DNA of 64,000 nt from Eledone cirrhosa (lineage: Eukaryota), in assembly GCA_964016885.1 (NCBI GenBank), contig OZ024743.1, positions 368,838,001 to 368,902,000 on the forward strand, written 5' to 3'. The notes under the pieces were generated by a model, which was not told the DNA's origin, ran no database searches, and saw nothing but the letters and a program-made list of their open reading frames with translations. Below, in pieces: positions 26,700-39,120 of the stretch. The position numbers and the translations under genes are program-made. Each line of letters opens with the position of its first letter. Position 1 is the stretch's first letter.

Positions 26700-27310
26700 A
26701 AGGTTAAAGTCTTATTTCCTATGCTTGCATGGGTTAGTCAGGTCATCCATGTTATGAGACTAGTCTTGCCAGTTGGCTGCACTGCACTTTGCTGAGACAG
26801 AACTGTAGTTTGGCTATTTATTTTTACAGCTAGATGCCTATGCTCATATCAACCACATTTACATTGTGAAACTGGGTGGTCCCATTATGGGGAGGGTCTG
26901 GCCAGTTGGCCACGCCGTACCCTGCTCAAATGGAACTGTATTTTAGTTGTTTCTTTTTACAGCCTTTACTAACACCAACCATGTTTACAGTGTGGCATTG
27001 GGTGGTGCCATTATGAGAAGGATCTGGCCATTTGGCCATGCCGTACCCTACTCATAGCAAAACCCATTATGAGGAAGGTCTGGCCAGTTGGCTGCATCAA
27101 ACCTTGCTCATAGCGGAACTTGTGTTTTTTTTCTCATAGGGAGCCTATGTTTTGGTTGAAGTTTTATAGCTGCTGGATGCCCTTCATAACAGCAACCACG
27201 TTTACATTGTGCAACTGGGTGGTCCTACTTATGAGGCATGTCAGGCCAGTTGGCCGTGCTATACCTTGCTCATACAAACCGTGTTTCGACTGGGTTTTTA
27301 CGGTTGCTTT
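26700..27310 (-). repeat. Tandem array (about 4-5 diverged units of about 120 bp) derived from the RTE/SINE 3' tail
   Basis: Recurrent GGCCAGTTGGC..TGCTCA..TACAGC..AACCAC.TTTACA.TGTG..CTGGGTGGT.CC.TTATG. Confidence 0.65.
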
Positions 27311-27659
27311 CTCAAAGCATTGGTGACATATGAAAGCAACACCAAGTATCAGCCCAGGACATTCAATTAACTGAAACAACAAGAGTAATTTTATTTTCTT
27401 CTTCATGTTTTTCTGTTCTTTCTGTTCAACTTCTAGCTGATGAGGTCATAACAGTTATATAACAGTCATTATCAAAATATGTATAAAAGCGATTATGAAT
27501 AAATGAAGTAAATTCTAATCTATTGTGCACTGGGATAATTGCAGGCCTTGTGCTAAAAGTAGAAACAATTATCATAATTATATTCTAGAGTAAACAGACC
27601 TACTTGTGATCTTTGTTGAGAGCTCTATCCTGCATACAATAGTGTCGGTGATTAACTAA

Positions 27660-27965
27660 CACGGGCTGTCCTGTTGTGGGCAGTGTCTGGTCGGCTGACC
27701 ATCTCTTGCTCATACAGGAACTGATTCTGGCTTGATTTCTACAGCTGGATACCTAACACCAATCAATTATTACAGTGAGTGCTGGGTGCCTTTTTTCCAT
27801 GGCACCTACACGTCCACTTTGCAGTGAGAGGGGTGGGAGCATATTGTCTATATGCTTCAGCTTCAGCTTGTACCCGTGGCAAGCCGGCTCTTCTGTATTA
27901 CTGCGTGACGCCAGAGGTCACGGTCATGTGCAAGTGGGTAAGGTTGGCTTTTATCATCTCATCCC
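27660..27965 (-). mobile_element. RTE 3' UTR and C-terminal fragment
   Basis: Matches 52010-52365 with deletions. Confidence 0.8.
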
Positions 27966-28983
27966 CTGTTTATTTATCCTTATTAGGTCCCCTTCTAATA
28001 TTACCCTTTATTACAATAACTCTCTTCCAGTTCCAAGCCTGTATAACAAAGGATGACATTAGATTTGTCAATATTCAATACTTCCCCTACTAGCCCCCGA
28101 CTTTACCATCATTCTCCCCACTTTCACTCTTACCACCATTTATTTCTATTGCTATTCTCTAATCCCTTATTCTTTCTCACATTATTTCCTGCTATCACAT
28201 TTTGTTGATATACATCACATTCTCACCCTTACTTCCATTACTCCTCCTTCTCTATCATCCTGTCTCCACCATCTCCCTGTCTCTTAGTCCATCATCTAAT
28301 CATGGTGTTTTTCTATTCAATCTCCTCACCAACATCCTATATATAGCTGCTTAACACTATCTCTCATTTGTTACTCCTATTATTTCATCTACCACATTCT
28401 CACTTCTATAACTTTGTATCTCTCATCATATACATACTGATATTGTCCCTTCATTCACTTTCTGTAATGATTCTCTCTCATCACTCTCTTTTCTATTCAC
28501 CATCTCAGTCATATTTCATTTGAAAATGTAGAATAGAGAGGAGTTTTTAGTGTTGCCAATATGAAAGCTGGATGATGTAATGCATTTTGCATTTATTGTT
28601 TGTGGCTTGTCAAGGGCACAATGTAAATATATATATATGTATATGGCTTATATTTATTTAACGTTGTTTTATTTATTTAATTCATTTTTATTCCATTAAG
28701 CATTGTATCTATATGATTTTAATTTGGGATTGTGTTGAGGGAAAATATGTTTAGAGAAGATTTGTTGAAGGAGTGGATTTTATATGATAGTATTATTATC
28801 TGTAAGTAAATAATTCTATCAGAAATACAATAAAAACTACATTTGTTTATATTTAGTATTTAGTGCAGAGTGTGTGAAGAGAAGGGTGATTCTTACTAAT
28901 GAATAATTTAATAACGTTTATTTGTGATGTGATTGTGAGGTAGAAATTTACAAAAGCAAAATTATGGTTAATTGGTTAATGTG

Positions 28984-29050
<67 letters not shown>

Positions 29051-29092
29051 ACGAAACATAAGTCAATTGCATGAACTCATAATCCTTTATTT

Positions 29093-29148
29093 ACTGCTAT
29101 ATATATTTCGATGATAGCCATTGAATGGCTATGACCTCATCAGGCAGT
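29093..29148 (-). ncRNA. Hammerhead ribozyme, type I, minimal palindromic stem III
   Basis: Minus strand: ACTGC-CTGATGA-GGTCATAGCCAT tca ATGGCTATCATC-GAAA-TATATA-T-A-GCAGT; 11 of 12 pairs in helix II. Confidence 0.78.
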
Positions 29149-29207
29149 TAGTCAGTTCTTAGATATGCCAGCTCTGTGTGTATAGTGTTGATGGTATCAG
29201 AGCCTTG

Positions 29208-29243
<36 letters not shown>

Positions 29244-30057
29244 CCTTGGGACATATATATATATATATATAAGTATATATATATATAGGTATATATGTGT
29301 GGGGTGGGTATGAGTGCAGACACACACATATATATACATTCTTTTCATTTGCAGTTAGTCTTTTTGTGAGACCGACCAGCTGCATACAATGCCATCTACT
29401 AGAAAGCTTTAACAAGCTTCTGCACATAAGCAGCTGTCACTGAGGACAAACAACACAGGTGTCTTTTTGCCTTTGAGACAGATTTTGTAAATTGAACAAA
29501 ACTTTAATTTTTTTTTTTATTCACTGCAACACTTGATTTCCATGATGAAGCCACTGTTTTGGTACAACTTCAATATAAAAATAATATTAATTATCTTTGG
29601 GTTTCGAATAGTTACATTGTTTCACTGAATGTCATATGAAGTGACTATAAGGGTTGGCATCAGGAAGGGCATTTGGCTGTAAAACATTGTCTCAAAACAT
29701 CCCAACCAGCCTATGCTATCATGGAACTGTATGCAAAGGATGAGGATAGGCATGAAGCAAAGGGGATTTTAGGGGCAGAAGAAAAAGGTTTCTTACCCCT
29801 AGCTTTCCAACTCTGACATCAATACTATTAATATACTATATTGGATTTTTTTCTGTGTGGTTTATTATTTCACTGTGCAATAATATGCTTCTTATGTAAA
29901 TCCCACTCTAAAGGAGCTTGAACAATTTTTTTTCTACTAAAATCTTGAGATAAGACAAGATTTGTGAGTAAAATTGGATTCAAATAAATCTGTAGAAATC
30001 TGTGAGAAGGACTGTATATGTCCATGGGTGGTAGACATAATTGGTTACCTGTCAATG

Positions 30058-30497
30058 TGTGTCTTCTGGGTAGATGTCTTACAACTATACCTTATAACCT
30101 AAGAGTAGTTGCCTAACACCACCATGTAACCTCTGAGTAGATTCCTGTTTTACAAACATCATATTACATCTGGGTAGATGTCAGTTCTACAAACATCATT
30201 TTACTTCTGGGTAGATGTCATTTCTAAAAACACAATCTTACCGCAGGGTGGATGTCAGTTCTAACACCACCATCTTACCCCTTGGTAGATGTTTAACACC
30301 ACCATCTTACCTCAAGATAGATTTCTATTCTAACACCACCATCTTATCTCTGGTTAGATGTCAGTTCTAACACCACGATCTTACCTCAAGGTAAATGTCT
30401 GTTCTAATATCAACATCTTACCTCAGGGTAGATGTCTATTCGAACACTTACCTCTGGGTAGATGTATGTTGCAACACTATTATCTTACCTCAGGAAC
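30058..30497. repeat. 37-bp minisatellite, about 13 diverged units
   Basis: Consensus CATCTTACCTCTGGGTAGATGTCAGTTCTAACACCAC. Confidence 0.85.
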
Positions 30498-30949
30498 AGT
30501 TGACAATAAGAGACTCTTCTGTCAAAAATCATCCTGACAGCTGCCACAACCAAGACATTGACACAAACATAGAAGCAAGTGAAAGGAATATAGGAAATTT
30601 GAGAATTAAGGAAGCCATTTTGTTTAGCTGATTAAAGCCAGAAATAAATAATAGGTCAGAAAGGCATGAGGCAGAATGGTTACTATAGCAATCTAATCCA
30701 AGCGCATTCATTTTTCCAACACATACGACCAGTTGCAGAAGAAAGCTTAAATCGTTTGTTTTATTTAGGATTGTTTCAGTTCCACATCTGAAAAGAGGGT
30801 AATAATCCACAAATATCATGCCTTAATACACTGGGTAAAATATTACTTTGTTTTGTTTCATTTACCATCATTTGCCCTTCATATTTTCTACCACATTGTA
30901 CCGGTTTAAAATAAAATTATCGGTCATTTACTACATATATATATATATA

Positions 30950-31814
30950 CAGGGTGCGGATGATATTTGTTCGCAATTTTCAACTGCTAATTTTATGCAA
31001 ATTTTTTTTACTTCCGTTGTCACTCTTGTCTTCATAAAAACAGTGACTATATTTCCATTATTTATTTTCAGAATAATTGATTATGAATAATTTTGAACCT
31101 CCAAATTTGTGGAAGAGACATGGAGTTCTTCTTGGAATCCGTGCCGGAAGGACAAATAAGACCAGAAGATCAACTCCCAGAACAACAGCTGGCTCGCTGT
31201 CTCATCCAAAGACGTGCCCAGAGTCATGCAGACAAAGTTTCCAGTGACAACATTGGTCTTAGGTGTCGTCAGCAGTCAAGGTGACGTCATGCCACCTCAC
31301 TTCTTCCCTGAGGGCCTCAATCTGAACACCGATGGCTACATCCGCGTTCTGAGCGAGGTAGTAAAGCCCTGGATCGACCAGGTAGCTGCAGGTAGGCCGT
31401 ACGTGTGGCAGCAAGACTCAGCGCCCTGCCATACCAGCTGAAAGACCCAAGCCTGGCTGTCAGAGAACTTCGTCGACCACACTTCACCTGACATCTGGCC
31501 TCCCAGCTCGCCTGACTGCAACCCCCTCGACTTCTTTGTGTGGGGCGCAGTGGAACGAGACACCAACAGATCTAGCTGTAATACGAAAGACGATCTGAAG
31601 GCCAGGATCACAAGTCGGGGGACAGTGACGAAGGCCTGTAGCTGGTTCCGAGGCCGCCTTGAGGCCGTCATCAAACCAATGGCGGGTTTATCGAGTGAGA
31701 TCAAGTCATGAAGACAAATTGACCCAAGTTTGATAAATAAATCTTAAAAAATAAAACTACTGTGTTATTTTTTCCTAGACAGTAATCTTGCAAACAGATA
31801 TCGTCCGCACCCTG
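30950..31814 (+). mobile_element. Tc1/mariner superfamily DD37D (maT-type) transposon, internally deleted
   Basis: TIRs CAGGGTGCGGATGATATTTGTTCGCAA / TTGCAAACAGATATCGTCCGCACCCTG with TA flanks. Transposase reads WQQDSAPCHTS*..WPPSSPDCNPLDFFVWG, with 37 codons between the last two Asp. Most of the N-terminal half is missing. Confidence 0.9.
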
Positions 31815-31962
31815 TATATATATATATATACACGGGATAACAGGTTATCGTTATAGGTGATTTGTCTTCATAGATAGGTGATTTCTATGTAGTTTATACT
31901 TGGAGTAATAATAATTCAAGAAAGAAGAGTGACATGGTTGGCTGTACAATAAGGGCTTTATT

Positions 31963-32080
31963 CACAGTGCTGACAATTGTTTCTTTGATCTGGTAGGTCT
32001 AGAGTTTGCTACTCGCTTGATGCTGCGTCAATCGATCTCCAATACTTTGTTTATAACCAGTCGTTTCATCAGAGCGTGCG
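31963..32080 (-). ncRNA. Hammerhead-like motif with a large insertion in domain II
   Basis: Minus strand: CGCA c GCT-CTGATGA-aacGACTGGT..about 60 nt..ACCAGaTCaaa-GAAA-CAATTG-T-C-AGC ac TGTG; GUC cleavage triplet and palindromic ACAATTGT. Confidence 0.5.
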
Positions 32081-32859
32081 AAAGTGAGGAAGATACTCCA
32101 GGCATGGCTTTTATAGAGGAGTGGTGTTAAACCAGAACAATAATATCAATAATAAAATAACTAGATACTGAATAGTGAGAATAATAACATCAATATAAGT
32201 AGGAATAGAGTATAATGATAAATCTAGCATATTAAATGAACTGATATAATACAGATGCATGAAATTGACATGTGAAAACTGCTATATGGTACATTAGATT
32301 TAGTATTAAGGTGGTGAAGAGATAACTGATAAAATGTACTTGGAGTCAGGATTTAGGAGTAATTATGAGGTATATACGTGTGCTGTAGGTCTAAAAGCAC
32401 ACTAGCAATAAACCGGAGATTGATTTATAGTTTGATAGATAAGTATTTTCGTTGTATCAACTTAGTGAGAATGATAGAGCGGGTGCATAGAGATATATGG
32501 GTTTTATGTGGTATTAAGTTCGAATCATAGGGGTTTAGTTTTCACAACATCAATAACAATCCCATCTTTGCTGTTGTTTATTCCTTCGGACCAAACAGGT
32601 ATATCAACGTATCTCACATTAACACTCATGATCTCTAACAGATGAACTTAATTCTAAGTACATTAACTTATTACTCCTACACTCCTTGAAATCTTATTTT
32701 CTTATTATTATTATGATCATCTCAATGTATCCCTAATTTTATTTAACATGTTCTCTCTATTTACCATGCATATTTTATTATTTTATTACTTTTATTGTCT
32801 CTATTATTGTTGTTATTATTGTCTTATTCATACACTATTTGTTATTGATATTGGGAAAA

Positions 32860-33360
32860 CTAATAAATATGTCAACCCCTTATTTTATGTCTGAGAAAAG
32901 AGAAAAAATCCCAACCCCGTTTATAAGCCAATGCAGCTAATCAACATACAATGTTTAGATGGTATGGTTTCTCAAGAGTGAAGAATATATTTATGAAACT
33001 TTAATATTTTGATATTTAAAAGGTTTTAAGTGTCATTTAGGGTATAGTTTTTGTTTCGGCAATGATTTTTTATCAATTTCCAACTGTTCTGAAGGTCAAA
33101 TTCATTCGAAACATTAAAATCAATAGGAAAAATGCATTACATGCCGAAAGTGAAATGGTATAATATTCACCTCCAAAATGAAACCGGTGTAATAGTCTCC
33201 TCAAAAATAAAACCAGTGTAATATACACCTCCAAAGTGAAACCAGTGTAATATTTACCTCCAAAGTGAAAACATTTTAGAATTTTGAAGTTGGTGACCCC
33301 GTTTTATCACAAATGTTTTTGTCACGTATTTCTCAGTTTATATACAAATATATATGGTAA
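32860..33360. mobile_element. Decayed non-autonomous DNA-transposon-like repeat with a 29-bp internal tandem; related pieces at about 46800-47121 and 58728-59152
   Basis: TAAT..CACCTCCAAA(A/G)TGAAACC(A/G)GTG occurs about 4 times at 33160-33272, with its reverse complement at 58728-58800. TCTCAGACATA..GG.T..GCTTATA is shared with 47060-47095 and 59105-59135. Confidence 0.4.
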
Positions 33361-36149
33361 TTATTTATTAATTATTAATTTAGTTAATTTCATATCGTTT
33401 ATAGACCTTTATTAATGTGACAAAAAAACTTTTAAACTTGTAAAAGTGTTTGCCACAGTGAAAAGTTTAGAGAGTTTAGACTAAGCCTTTAAAGAAATAT
33501 CTATTTTTTGTAAAAATCAACTCTTATACAACATTCTTTGATGTTGCTTGCCGATATGAAGAACAAATATGACTGCCTATAATTTAATTTCAGTAGTGTA
33601 ATATGGGTGATTAGCTCTGGCCATTGGCACCTAAATAGAATTTGAATCGAAAATGCAAAGAACTGAAACAGATACCAATACTAGAGAAGTTGTCATACAC
33701 ATATACACACATGCACTAACAATTCTGCCAATTTACCACCTTGGACTACTTGGACTACCAAAAATAAATGAAAGGTAAAATTGACCTTAGAAGGATTTCA
33801 ACCTGGAATGCAGAAAACCAGAAAGAATACTACAAGACATTCTACCTGGTACTCTGATGAGTCTCCTATTTTACCACCATAGAAAGCCTATCTTGATTAC
33901 CACATTGTACCTACATTACCAGACAATCCTCAAGTGTTTAACCTGATCCCTGTTTAAGTTGATGTAGTATATCTGGTGAGCTAGATCTATAATTTACTCA
34001 TACGTGTTTTATTGGCTACCTTACAACTAGACTTTTGCTTCAGAATATATTGAGTGACAATGAGAATTTCTAACACTCATTTTTTTACTTCTTAATGTAG
34101 CAAATTTTTACAGTCTCAGGTCATAAGACCAATTTTATAATTCTTAAATTCAAAGTCACAACATGAGTCCAACTGAAATACAGGGAAGCCCTAACATGGT
34201 CATTTGACACGCAAGAAATAGAGGCTAAATTTCACTTAATATCAAACCTGACTGTCTTAAGTAAATATAACATATTAGATAATGTTATTCTTGATAAACT
34301 ATGCCCACCAAAAAATAAAATGAACAAAAAATTATATGAGAAAGAAAAATTGGAAAAGACACTCAATCACAACAAAGCCACTGGATTTTTCCTCTACTAA
34401 TGTTTGAAGTAAACACCTTGCAGCATTGTCACAGGTGATAGTGAGGGTAAAATGTTGTGGGCATCACCTGATATTTTGGTAAGGTGAGCTGCCAAAGTGA
34501 CTAGAACTGTGTTGGCAATGGCCCAGCTTCCTCCAAGCATCTCAAACATCACCAGCTGAAAACAACTAACTTGCTCTCTTCTTTCTTTTGTATGAGACAA
34601 TTATGTGACATCTCCTAGGTGTTGCAGCCAGCTCACAGATGGGTTGAGAGAGATTAGCTTGCCGAAAATTCCTTAAGATATGAAGAGACACTTGCAAGAT
34701 TTTGTCAATCCACTGTCATACTGACGATTTAGTCAACAGCTCAAGCTTCTCATCATTGAGATGAGCTCTGAGTTAGGCTCATAAATGTTTGTCATTATTT
34801 GCCTAAATGCTCCTATTTCATGGTTGAGATATTAGCAGTAGGGAAGTCATCCAACTATAAAAATATTTGTTTTCACAAAAAGACCATCCTACATATGTTA
34901 GCAAAAAATATTAGATGAAAAAAAAAATGATGTCAATGAATTTCCATTCCATACTAGTATAAATTGTTTGCTAAAAAAGAACAAAATTTTGAATAATTGT
35001 ATGAAATGCTAGAGCAGATGTTTTCACAGTTCAGTGCCTTTTTTATGTTAACCACTCAGCTGTGAACTATTTTCAGACAGACAGCCTAAAGAAATTACAG
35101 TAGTCTACAATTTAACCACCATGAAGATTATTGCTTTTATTTTATTTATTTAATAGTATATTGACTCATATATCATGTGTTCCTATGTCACTGGAGTGGG
35201 GTTGGTTTAATTTGTCTTTGTTTATTTATCTTGAGAATAAACACCTGTTGATATAGGAGATCAAGTATATATTCTATAGAAAATGTATTCCTCATTCACT
35301 TAACCTTTGGGTAACTAAAGATAAGTATAACTACTCCCTTCCAACAGTGTTTCTTTGCTAAATCATTTGCATACAGTTCAAGCCAGTGGGATTAGACTAA
35401 GAGTACAGTAAAAGGCAAAATAGCATCACAATCTTCTTGTTACATAGTGGTAAGACACTCGGCTAGGATGTGACAAACAGTGACACTTTCTCTTGTGATA
35501 ACTTGGTGCATTCAGTGACAGATTCAGATTTCATTGCCTGATAAGCTAAAGTTTGCAAGCTGTTGCAGTATCAGCTACTTTCCATTAGGTCTGTCATAGA
35601 ACCTATAATAGTAGACATCTGGCATTTTTGGTCCTTGTTTCACTTCCCTAGTCAATGTTATTGAGGCAAAGTTGACCATACACAGGAGTAAGTCTCACAA
35701 GTTGAAATGTTTACTACAATACAGCTTCCTTGCTGTCCTTCTAGGTAACACTTTCTCTATTCTATTTGCTTGGACCATGAGGCTGCTTCAACCTGGGGTT
35801 ATGCATGCCAAAGTATGTTCCCCTACATTGTCCTGCCATATATCATTGAGATATCAATGGTATAGGTTGCTGATACACACACACTCTCTCTCTTTATGCT
35901 TATACACACTCTCTCTCTCTCTCATTCTATTCTCGATTTTTTACCATATTCTACTGGCTCTGCCAATCCAACACACTAATAATGAGGCACAAGAGTGGGA
36001 AGAGAATGTTGAATACATCAGTCCCACTACTTTACTGGTACTTTATTTTACCAAATTTGGAAGGACAAAAGGCAAAGTTGAAATCAGCAGGATATGCAAC
36101 CAGAATGTTGAAGTCTATCACAAAATACTGCAATGCATTTCATTTGACA

Positions 36150-36510
36150 CTTCTTCTTCTTTTTCTTCTTCTTCTTCTTCTTCTTCTTCTTCTTCTTCTT
36201 CTTCTTCTTCTTCTTCTTCTTCTTCACCCACTGATTCAGGGAGGGTCGTGGGAGCAGAGTCCTCAAGCACATTTTTCAACAAGTCCTCCATCTCTAAATG
36301 ATCTGGCTTGATCCCCAAATGAGACCAGCCAAGCCCATGGATGTTATCAAACCATCTTGCTCAGGATCTACTCCTGGATCTCATCTGCCCAGCAATTCTC
36401 TCAATTTGGAGAAGTAGTGGCTCTACCTGGAGTGACTCTCTGATCTCTGATCTATGCACTCTGTCAACTAATGTTCCTCCAAAGACCCTTTGTATGAATC
36501 CCATTTCTAC
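36150..36510 (-). mobile_element. Rex3/Expander-like RTE 3' end with (GAA)n tail
   Basis: Homologous to 4590-4945; (TTC)n at 36150-36225. Confidence 0.7.
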
Positions 36511-37276
36511 CAATCCACTTCCCTAATAATGATGATAATATAATGATTGGAAAATTATCTTAGTTATGAGATGTTTTTAACAATTTAAAAATGAGATTTC
36601 ATTTAAACAAATTGAAACCTGTTTTGGGATATTAACAGAAAGAATTGAATTGATAAGGGTGAACAGAAATAATGTTGATATTGCAATTAGCTTCTTTTTT
36701 ATCTTGTTATATTCTAGATAACTTTGTTATTAACATTGTCATGATATACATTTCTTTCAGCTATTTTTTGTTGAAAGCAATAATATTATGTATTTCATTA
36801 TTTGTTGATATTTATGGTTTATACTATAAAATATCTTACATCTATGATTAATGAAAATGTCAATATATCAATACATACTTCAACCAAACTAGCTCTATTT
36901 GAGGGCATAAAAGCCTTGATATTTTGTATTCATTCTGTTCAGATCCTATCTTCCTTCATGTAATTTTCTATGATATAATGTTCATTATACGACAGTAGAT
37001 TGGTATGTCTGAAATTTTTTTATATCTCTTCTGAGATATATAGCATTTGCTGACCTTCTTTTATCCTTTTGGATTCAGTTAATTCCACTGGTTTAAAATG
37101 TATTGAGATACATTTTTTTAAATTTAAAATATATTGAGATACATTTTTTTATTCTATTGCTTGTTTCAGTCAGTTGACTGCAGCCATACTGGGACATCTC
37201 CTTGATTTAGTCAATCATTGATCATATCGACTCCAGTATTTATTTTTTTACAGTCTGGTACTTATATATATGTCTG

Positions 37277-37328
<52 letters not shown>

Positions 37329-38099
37329 ATGTGTATATACATATATATATGTGTGTGTGTATATATATCCAGGGAGTGTAATGTGAAGTTACTGTAGGTT
37401 CACCCAGGTGAGCACTCGATGTTTAGGTTCACATCAGTAGCGGGGTGTAGAGCTAAACAGACATACAAACGATCATGATGATATATATATGTATATATAT
37501 ACCGTGTAATAGTCAATCTCATGTAAAAGTCGATTCCTATTTTTGGCTAAATAAAATCTGGACTTTTCCATAGACCTCATAAAGAAGTCAACCCTAGTAT
37601 TTCACAGATAACAGGTCAACATTTGTGAGTCAAGGTATCAACCTATATGTAGAAATAACATTGTTACAAAATTGTCATGAATTTAAAGCAAATTTATATT
37701 ATTGCAAATACTTGTCTGAAACTAAAACTTACCCAAATGTGTGTCTACCTTATAGTGGCCTGCCCTATAGCTGGAATGTTTGGTGGTTATAGTAAAACAC
37801 CATATAATAGAAAGCACTACACATCTGTTGATGGATGCTACATCACCATTACTAAAATGTATGCACAAGATGTGCTGCAATCCTGCAACCTTTATATTTT
37901 CCTCATTTCCAAACAATAAACACATGCATCAGCACTCCTCTCATCAGCCTTGTGCATAGAATTACAGTAGGTAGTGTATATTATCCATGGTAATACACAG
38001 TAATTATGAGATATAAATTGATTGCACTAAGCTAGTTTGTTAAGTTCAATAGATACAAGTAAAAGAGAAAGTATAAATATCTATAAGAGCTACGTGGCC

Positions 38100-38700
38100 T
38101 TCTTTATGGATTTTGTTATTTACTAGGATGCATGTTTTGATGTATAGAATCAGCTTGAGGCAATCCAACGAAGCTACACCAAGAGGATTGCCACAATGAA
38201 GGAGATAAGCTACTGGGAGAGGCTAAAAGAACTGAACCTCTACTCCTTGGAACGAAGACGGGAGAGATACGCAGTGATCTACATGTGGAAAATCCTGAAG
38301 GGACAAGCACCAAACTTTGGCATTGGGAGCTGGACCAACCCACGAACAGGACGTCACAGTGTGGTGCCAAAGGTCCCATCTTCAACATCTAGAATAAGGA
38401 GCAGATATTGCAATAGCCTGGGATTCAAGGGCCCTCAACTCTTCAACAAGCTGCCGAGGGATCTGAGAGATCTGCATGGTGTGGAGGGGGATGTCTTCAA
38501 GAAACATCTCGACACCTTGCTATCCAGGATCCCGGATGAGCCCACAGCAAGGCACGAGGGAAACCTAAGGGCAGCAGCAACAAACTCCCTCTTACACCAG
38601 TGTCCAACCAATACAGGCTGGAGATAAAATGTGTAGCAACAAGGGCGGTGCCCCAGCATGGCCTCAGCCGGATGGCTGGAACACGTAAAAGAGTAAAAGA
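38100..38700 (+). mobile_element. CR1-superfamily LINE 3' end (ORF2 C-terminus and tail)
   Basis: ISYWERLKELNLYSLERRRERY..GPQLFNKLPRDLR..FKKHLDTLLSRIPDEP; ends GTAAAAGAGTAAAAGA then (TA)n. Confidence 0.75.
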
Positions 38701-38717
38701 ATATATATATATATAGA

Positions 38718-39055
38718 GAGGCACTTGGCTTAGTGATTAGAGCATTGGCCTTGCAATCGAAAGGTTGTGAGTTCAATTCTCAGACCGGGTGATGTGTTGT
38801 TTCCTTGAGCAAGACACTTTATTTCACATTGCTCCAGTTTACTCAGCTGTAGAAATGAGATGATAGGGACTGGGGTCCATATCATTCCACTGCAAAGTGG
38901 TCATGGAGGTGCCACGGCAAAAAAGCACCAAGTACTCACTGTAAATGAAGTTGGTGTTAGGAAGGGCATCCAGCTGTAGAAATCAAGCCAGAATCAGTTC
39001 CTGTCCCACCCTTGCAAGCATGGAAAAAGCGGACGTAAAATGAAATGATGATGAT
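38718..39055 (+). mobile_element. Full-length tRNA-derived SINE with RTE 3' tail
   Basis: A box TGGCTTAGTGATTAG, B box GAGTTCAATTC; 38888-39055 matches the RTE 3' UTR (about 15225-15375 plus terminus). Confidence 0.88.
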
Positions 39056-39120
39056 ATATATATATATCAAAGCATGTATTGAGTTAGAAACTAACAAAAA
39101 AAAAAGATTTATATATATAT

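Noticed and set aside
29355-29458. Possible exon after CTTTTCATTTGCAG
   Set aside because: All three frames contain stops and the donor is weak.
30058-30497. CRISPR-like look (palindromic repeats with spacers)
   Set aside because: The linkers are homologous to each other, the repeats are degenerate, no cas genes are present and the context is eukaryotic; it is a minisatellite.
31436-31445. In-frame TGA in the transposase as recoding or selenocysteine
   Set aside because: Most simply a CGA-to-TGA transition in a dead, deleted element; no SECIS recognised.
38718-38792. tRNA gene
   Set aside because: A and B boxes are present but no acceptor stem, and it continues into a SINE body; it is a SINE head.
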